Shown here: piece after piece, positions 56,728 to 64,000 of the stretch | Position numbering within the stretch: position 1 is the stretch's first letter | Layout: each line of letters starts with the position of its first letter | Source: Thecamonas trahens ATCC 50062 | Lineage: Eukaryota; Protista; Apusomonadida | Direction: 5' to 3' | Assembly: GCF_000142905.1 (NCBI RefSeq) | Contig: NW_013657674.1 | Coordinates: forward strand, 280,709 to 344,708 | Length of the DNA: 64,000 nt | Program-made: the position numbers and the translations under genes | Notes under the pieces: model-generated | Databases searched by the model: none | What the model saw: the letters and a program-made list of their open reading frames with translations, nothing else | Told to the model about the DNA's origin: nothing

Positions 56728-59314
56728 CTACTGTTCAAGCTGGGTGGCGCGGACAGCTGCCGAAAAGGCAGCGTGAGCGGCGGTGAGCTCGCACCACTCG
56801 TCCGACTGGAGGACTTCCGGGCTGCCGCTGTCGTGCTGCAGCAAGACAGCAGCCACAGTCGCCGCGTCCTTGAGCGTGGTGAGTGAGGCGACGACATCCA
56901 CCTGCGCGTCTTGAGCAGCAGCGCTGTCAACAAGTTGCTGGACGTCGGCAGCGACGGCGGCGACCCGCAGGCCAAGGTTGGTCACGTCGCCGGACGACAC
57001 GGCACGAGCCAGAAGAGGGAGCGAGGTGTGCGTCATGCGATCAAGGGCGGCTGGAGCGGCCGGGCGGGATGCGGGACCGGCAGCCGCAGATGCTGTAGCA
57101 GCAGCCTCGTCGCCGTTGCTGCTGCCATCATTGCTATCATCACCATCCTTATTGTCGTCGCATTCGTCGTCGCTGTCAGAGACACCTGGCTCGAGCACTG
57201 AGTCGGCGTGGAGTCGCTTGGCGAGGAGGCGCGGGCGGTCGCCCTTGAGCGAAGCCTCGGTGATGGCAGTGTCGAGGCTCACGAGCCAGCCATTGAGATC
57301 GAGTGCTGTACCGTCGTCTGCAGAACCGCTCATGCCCATGGGCGGAAGGCGATACCGAAAGTCGAGGACGGTCTCGACAACGTCGAGGACAAAGGCGTTG
57401 GCGTCGCGGTCCGGCCTGACGGCGGCCGCCTTGAGGCGATAGCAAGCGAGGAACTTATGCGGTTTGCCTGCTTTCTTCGCAGGCTTGGCCTCGACCCAAA
57501 GGTCTGAGAAGAGGAAGATCTTGAGCAGGCTCGACGACGACGATGCCGCTGAGGTCTTGTGCTTGTAGAGGAGGCCTGAGGCAAGGAGACGGCGGTGGTG
57601 GTTGACCAACACACGGGGCGCACCCTTGAGGGTGGCAGCAACAGCCTTGAGCTCTGCAAACTCACGGGCGGCGCGGTTGATGTAGTCGGCGACCTCTTTG
57701 ACCTTGAAGAGTGCACGCTCCAGCGCGGGGTAGTCGGGATGGTCTTCGGCCGTGTGCTTGATGAGGTCGGAGAGGAGGAGGATGTAGCGTGGAATGCGCT
57801 GGACCGGCATGATGAGAAAGGCGGGTAGGTTCATGCCCACCGCCGCAGCAAATGCGTCGACGTAGGTCTTGAACGCCTTGTTCTTTGCCTTGCCTCTGCC
57901 ACACAGCGCCTGAAAGACCTCGTGCGAGTCTTCAAAGCCGGAGCAAAAGTAGATGTACTTGCGGAAAAGTTGGTCCGTGTGGCAAAGAGGTCACCGATGC
58001 GTGTTGTGGCCGGATCGTAGCTCGCGACGCGTTCTTTGAGAACTTCGGACATGCGTCCATGCATCGCCGTCATCTGATCGAGGTTGGCAAAGAGCGCAAA
58101 GTACTCTTCGGTGGTGATGGCAGGGACGCGCGCTGCGCCGTCCGGCGCGACTGGCGCTTCAGTTGGCGGCACCGGCGCCTGGCCCTTGCCCGACGTTAAC
58201 ATGCCGACAGACCGCATGAGCTCATCCATGTTGAGTCCACCTGCGGTCAGCAGCCGCGAGCGCAGCGGGCGGAGAAACCAGGTCTGAATGAGGGCGAGCG
58301 ACGAGGCGTACGTCTCCTCGGTGGTCATGATCTCTTCGACGATGCGGAACCTGCGGCGGGCGGCCTTGTCGGCCATGAAATCGGCAGGCGGCAAGACAGC
58401 TTGAGCCGCAACGGCAGCTGCAACAGCCGGCACAGGCGCGTCTGACTTTGTCTCAACAACGAGCGCAGCCGCGGCGTCGAGGAGCGCGGCGCGCTTTGAG
58501 GCATCAAAGATACCCATGTCGTTGAGATCGGCGTCGTCGAGGCTAGTGGCAACTTCGTCAAGCGAGTCGTACATGGCAAGGAAAGCTTGGAGGTGAAGGT
58601 CGAGACCCAGACTAGCCAGCCACTCACGGATCTGGCTGCCACTGGGCGAGGCGGCGACATCGGCCATGGCTTTGGAGACGACTGCGTCGACGAGCCGGGT
58701 TCGTGCCTTGTCGACAAGCGATGCCAGGCGGGCGACGGATACAAACGAGAGGATCGGCGCTGGGGCCGACTGCTGCGCCGGCTCGCCCGCAAGCTGGCTT
58801 GAGGCGCTAGCCATGTCGCCCGTCGCATTTGCAGTTGCGACGTCGACCATACCGGTGCCCTTGATCGACGGCACCAGCGCGAGTGCAAGCTCGTCTTCAC
58901 CAGTACCAACATCTGCCCCCTCGTCATCCGAGTCGGAGGCCACGCCCGGCCCGTCAGTTGCGACGCCTGTCGTCGTCAGGCCCGCCGGACCGTGTGGGCA
59001 GGTGTCGCCGGCGTCGTCCACGTGGTATGTGTGAAGCGCGATGCCGCACATCGAGCACCAGAGGCCCTGCTTGTAGACGCCGTACAACATCTTGCCACAC
59101 ACCCACAAAGAGTCGGGCGCTTGAAGGTGTGAGGGGCCAGAACGTGTGGAAAGACCAGCGACTCGGGCGCCTGGCCGGCAGCCTCGGCCTCAGCCATGGC
59201 CGCGCCGCGGCGTAGGCACTCGACATCCGAGTGGACCACGTGTCCGCGACCGACAGCTTGTTGTTTCTTGGGGCGGACATTCTTTGAGCAAGCCCAGCAC
59301 TGACCCTTGGCCAT
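56728..59314 (-). CDS. Dbl-family RhoGEF: C1 zinc finger + SAM + DH + PH (~860 aa); frameshifts near 59103 and 57966
   Basis: C1: HTFKRPTLCGVCGKMLYGVYKQGLWCSMCGIALH. SAM: IREWLASLGL..LDDADLNDMGI..KRAALL. DH: EIMTTEETY..FLIMPVQRIPRYILLL..HPDY. PH: IFLFSDL. Confidence 0.88.
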
Positions 59315-59607
59315 GGTGCGCGGTGTTCGCTGGAGTGGGGGGAGAGAGGTGCAGGACGTTGGTGCTGTCGTTCATTTGCGACGAGTCGCTTGCGCTGCCG
59401 AGTCTCAGGGCCAATTTCGAGCGACTTGCTCTCGAGGTATAGAGCGATGGCAGCAAGATCAGGGGTATTACAGGATGGCCAAGAGCACGTCCTTGACGGC
59501 CGGTCGGGAGGACAAAGAGTGAAAGGATCGCAACGCGCCATGGAGGACGAAACATGGATTGGCGGCCAGGAACGGAAAACTGGGCCCTATTCCGACACTA
59601 GCATCCA

Positions 59608-59765
59608 TACTATACATTTATATAATTCTAGAATCATAAATATATTAAAATACCACACAAGAACAGAATATTTAAAAATCCACACAAAATCACAACACGT
59701 AATATATAAATGTAATATCTATTGGCCATTTCAGGCTATTTCTCAGCATTTTTGTAATTTTTGTC
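59608..59765. other. AT-rich island in a divergent intergenic region
   Basis: tatacatttatataattctagaatcataaatatattaaaa... contrasts sharply with the GC-rich surroundings. Confidence 0.8.
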
Positions 59766-60246
59766 TGTAGTCTGTAGTGATCTTTCCGTCGTCTAGTCTG
59801 ACGGCTCCTCCCACCCCTCCCCGACTTCTTGTGCCAGGCGCATCCACTCCTACCACACCCTGCTCAACTTGCAGCTACTGCTAGGGGACGATGATAAAGA
59901 CTTGCCATGCGGCTGTGGTCGCTCTAAGAGGTCTTGTGACGGCTGCGGAGGAGTTCGCGTGTGTGCGTGCCCGGCCGCCGCCCTGTCTCTTCCCGATGCC
60001 CGATAGCCCGCAGACTGCATTATCGCCGCCGGAGCACCAGCCACCGCCATAGCTCGTGTTTGCATTGCATGGCACATCCCCATGCTTCAGCCGTACATCT
60101 CCCGTCCCTCCTTCCCCACCAAAACACCGGCAAGCCTCGTACCGCTTTCTACGAAACTAGAACCTGGCACGATTTCGAGCTGTCTCGTGTCCTCCCCCCC
60201 ACCCCCCCCATCCCCACCCCCTACGTCCTCCCACCTCCCGTCACCC

Positions 60247-63200
60247 ATGAGTGCTGCTCTCCAGCCTGACCTCGACGACCTCGACGCGCTCATGGCCAAC
60301 ATGGAGAGCATTGCGGCAGACGTACGTCCACCCTTTCCCCTTTTCCTTCTCGTTCTCCGTATTTCTATCTCTCCCTCCCCCTTATTGTCAACTGTCTCTA
60401 CCTCACGTCCTCCTCTCCGCCACCCAGCCGTTCAACCTGCGAATGGACGAGCTCGACTTTGTTACGCACGCTCTCGAGACCGACGAGACCGGCCTCGACG
60501 AGCCGCCGACGCCGACCGCACATCAACCACCATCGACCTCGTCGCGGATCCGCACGTATTCGACGTGCGACTTTGACTCGCTGGTCTTGAACGAGCCTGC
60601 GACGCTGGGGTTCGATGGCAACATGCCTGCCGGACTCGCGGTTCCCAGTCCTGCGGCGGCGGCCGGGGCTGGATCGACGACCGGAGCCGTCATGGCGGTG
60701 GAGGCGGCGCCACGGCCGCGGCCTCCGAGCGTCACGGCCGGTGCCTCAGTCGTCGAGCCGGGCAAGGTGGCCGGCGCGTGGCTCGGCGTCACCGCCGGGG
60801 GCTGCTTCAACTTTGAGACGTTCAAGGACAACGCCCAGTTCCCGCTCTTTGTCTCGGGCCCGGAGCCGGTCACGGTCCTGGTTGCTTTAGAGCAGCCGCG
60901 CTCATCGCATGCCATAGGCGTCTCGGTCATCGACTCGGGCGGCCTCCCGCTGGTCTTCAAACCATCATCGACGAGTGTCCTTGCCTCGACGTCCAAGTAC
61001 TCGCGCGACCGTAGAGTTTGGTGCGTAGTCACCCTCGAGCCGCGGACTGAGCCGTACGTGGTGCTTCCGACCACCTTTTTGCCTGGCACTGAGGGCGAGT
61101 TTGAACTCTCGATCGCTCCGCCAGCCTGCGAGAGTGTCGAGTCGACGACTGCCTGGCTTGAAGCATCGGGCGTCCAGCTTGGCATGCCGGTCGAGCTTGC
61201 CGACGCCGTCGAAAAGCTCTACCCACACGTGGTGACGGTCGAGTCCGAGTGGCGAGGCTCGTCGGCCGGCGGTTGCGTCAACTACGTCTCGGTCAAGGAC
61301 AACCCGCAGTTCCTGCTCACAGTGACGCAGCCCGGTACGCGAGTCGTGCTCGTTGTCCAGCAGCAGCCGCTGGCCAACGCCGTGTCTGATCCGAGCGAGC
61401 TCGATGCCGTGGCTGCCGAGGCGCCCGAGTTTCCGATCGCTCTGTACGTGACTGACAAGCGCGGCAAGAAGCTGCAGACGCTGCTCACCGACGACGTCGT
61501 CCTCTCGTCAGGCCAGTATGTGTCGCAGCGCGAACTGCGCGTGCTCGGCACGCTTGACTCGCTCGCCACGCCGTACACGTGCATGGCGACCACATTTGAG
61601 CCCGGCCAAGAAGCTGCTTTTTCCTGGACGGTGTACGCTTCAGCGCCGATTGTCTTTGAGCCGTACCACCGCGTTGCACCAACAGCCTCATCATATGGCA
61701 TGAAGTACCTCGCCTCGCTCACGTCAGAGTGGCGTGACGAGTCGGCCGGCGGCTCGGTGAACGAACCTACAATGGGCAACAATCCACAGTTTTATCTCTA
61801 CGTTCCCGACGAGACCGCAGTTGTCATTGAGCTCGAGCAGGCCGGCACCTCATGGCCCATTGCCTTGTACTGCGTTGACAAGCGCGGCCTCATCGCCCGC
61901 AACCTCTCCAAGACTGAGATCATCGCTGGCTCTGGCTCGTACGTTCGCGAGTCGGCCGTCATTATCAAGACCTCGCTCGCGCCTTTGGTCAACACCGCGC
62001 TTGCGCTGACAGACACCACCGCAGCTGACGACGACGACGACGACGATGATGATGATGATGATGATGATTCTGACAAGTTTACCGGCGTGCCGCCGCCCGA
62101 GTCCGGTGGTGGGTCCGCTGCCGCGACTTCACCTGTGCTTGATTTGAACATGGACTCACCGGAGCTCCTGCCGTACATCATTTTGCCGTCGACATTTCAG
62201 CCAGGCCAAGAGGGTGAATTTACCATCAATGTGTACTCGGACAAGGCCGTCCGCCTCGAGCCGGCCATTGCGGACTCGTTCTTTGCGCGACGCGGTCTCG
62301 TCTACCGTGCCGAGCTCGAGTCCGAGTGGCGCGGGCTCACCGCTGGCGGCTGCGCCAACTATCCCACCGCCGCAGCCAACCCGCAGTTCCAGCTCGTCGC
62401 CCTCCCGGATGGTGTCTCTTCGCGTGCCCGCTTTGTGGTTGTTCTCGAGCAGGCCTACCACACCGTGGCCGAGACCGGCGCGTCGGACTTGCACATCATC
62501 GGTGCGTACGTGTGCGACAACTTGGGCAAGCGCGTCGAGTACTTGTACCAAGATTCGATCCTTGCCTCGACTTCACGCTACACTCACAACGCCGCTGTTC
62601 AGACCTCCGAGGCGCTTGCGAGGACCAACAAGCCTTACACTGTCTTTGTCTCGACTTTTCAGCCTCAATGTGAGGGCGAGTTCAAAGTCTCGGTCTATTC
62701 GGACATGGAAGTCTCGCTAACGCCGCTCTCGGTCGACGTCGACCCACTCGAGAGCCTCCCGCCGCTTACGGAGCTGCACTCAATATGGAAGGGCGAGTCC
62801 GCCGGTGGCGCCATCAACTTTCCGACTGCCATCAACAACCCGCAGTTCTCGCTCTTTGTCCCGCCGTCCGGCGATGCCGCCGTCGACGAGCTCCCGGTCA
62901 ATGTCCGCCTCACCCTCATCCGCCGCGCGCCCTCCATGGACACCGCCATCCCCATCGGGTTCATCGTGGCAGACATTGCTGGAGCGCGGGTCTCATCCGA
63001 TCTTGGCTCGCGGGCGCTCGTCGGTGAGTCTGGTCCGTTTGTCAATGTCGAGCAAGTCTCGGTCCTACTCTCGCTGGTTCCGGCTGCGCATCCGTACACG
63101 GTCATGCCGTCGACGTTTGAGCCTGGTGTCTCGGCCGTCTTTACTCTGCAGGTCACTTCGGCCCACGACGCTGTCCGTCTCACCAAGTGGCGGCCCGAGT

Positions 63201-64000
63201 ACGATGTCCAGGCTCTTGCCCTGCAGAGCCTATCGCACTCAGTGACCCTCACCAACGCGTGGAGCGGTCTCACTGCGGGTGGGTGCATCAATTTCCCGAC
63301 CTCGGCCCTCAACCCCATGTATGGCATTCGCGTCGCCGGCCCGTCGCCGTCTGTTATCCATATCCTCCTCCGCCAGCTGGCAGAGCCTGGGAAGGAGCTT
63401 GTTCCCATTGGCATTGTTGTCGCCGACGTTGGTGACGCCAACCCGCGCACCACCCCGATCCGGGCTGAGGAGGCCATTGGCACCTCGGGCGACTTTCTCA
63501 ATGCCGCAGAAGTCACCGCCACCGTCGTCTTGCCCCCAGCCGCGCACCCGTACCTGCTTGTCTGCTCCACCTTTGCGCCCAACCAGGAGGCCGGCTTTGA
63601 GATCGTCATCACTTCGGACGCGCCGGTCACTGTCTCGGAAGTACCCGACCGCGACGCCGACGACCGCGACGCTGATGCTGCATCCGCGCTCCCGGTCCCC
63701 ACGCGGACGTCCAAGCCGGCCACTGTTGCTCGCTCGCCGCCGGCGCTCCATGGCTCCGCCGAGGCCGCCGACCCCGGATATTCGATGGTCGACTATGTGC
63801 CAAAGCGCTCCAAAACTACCGTCCACCGCGTCGATCCCAACTCGCAAGTCGAGTCGGTCGAAGCCGCCGAGGTCGCCGTCACCGATGCCGGAGGCCCTGT
63901 GGTCCAGGCCGATGTTGGAAGTCCGGTCGCCGTTGCACGCCCATCAGGCCTCATATCAGACGACTCTGCTGCTGCCGCCGCTCTCGCTGGTCCTGCCGCT
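60247..64000 (+). CDS. Protein with six tandem calpain domain-III (C2-like) repeats, 3'-truncated by the window edge; intron 60322-60427; absent from the ORF track because no stop codon is reached
   Basis: Same-frame Trp codons at 60779, 61250, 61730, 62327, 62786 and 63260 each begin W-x4-AGG-x2-N...N(P/A)(Q/M)(F/Y). Each unit ends with a PY...(S/T)TFxP..EgxF-type motif. GTACGT..CAG phase-0 intron. Confidence 0.85.

Noticed and set aside
1-64000. tRNA, rRNA or transposase genes
   Set aside because: None recognisable in the sequence or the ORF track.

Overview
This is a gene-dense, GC-rich eukaryotic window with few introns (donors mostly GTACG). It has two assembly gaps (36-406, 16468-16870) and about 20 protein genes. 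The style and gene content fit a unicellular protist, possibly an apusomonad such as Thecamonas; this is inference only. The main find is a head-to-head pair of TIR-domain genes that look like innate-immune receptors. One is TIR + GBP/atlastin-family GTPase + helical/TPR-like region + ankyrin array (2367-8946, minus strand). The other is TIR + NB-ARC + cysteine-containing LRR (about 9622-12377, plus strand), i.e. a plant-TNL-like architecture. A cyclic-nucleotide neighbourhood follows: a membrane-bound two-domain adenylate cyclase, a receiver domain fused to an apparently dead phosphodiesterase, and a ~3,670-aa coiled-coil protein with two cNMP-binding domains. Also present are two proteins with tandem calpain domain-III repeats, two adjacent thiol/halide-type methyltransferases, a G1-like glutamic peptidase, and RPL7A with an intronic C/D snoRNA. 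Housekeeping and signalling genes include UNC-50, GOT1, glycogen phosphorylase, a RasGEF and a RhoGEF. Ten frameshifts, each a one-base deficit at a short mononucleotide run, split six genes in the ORF track and are most likely sequencing errors. All domain calls come from motif recognition by eye; no database search was run.
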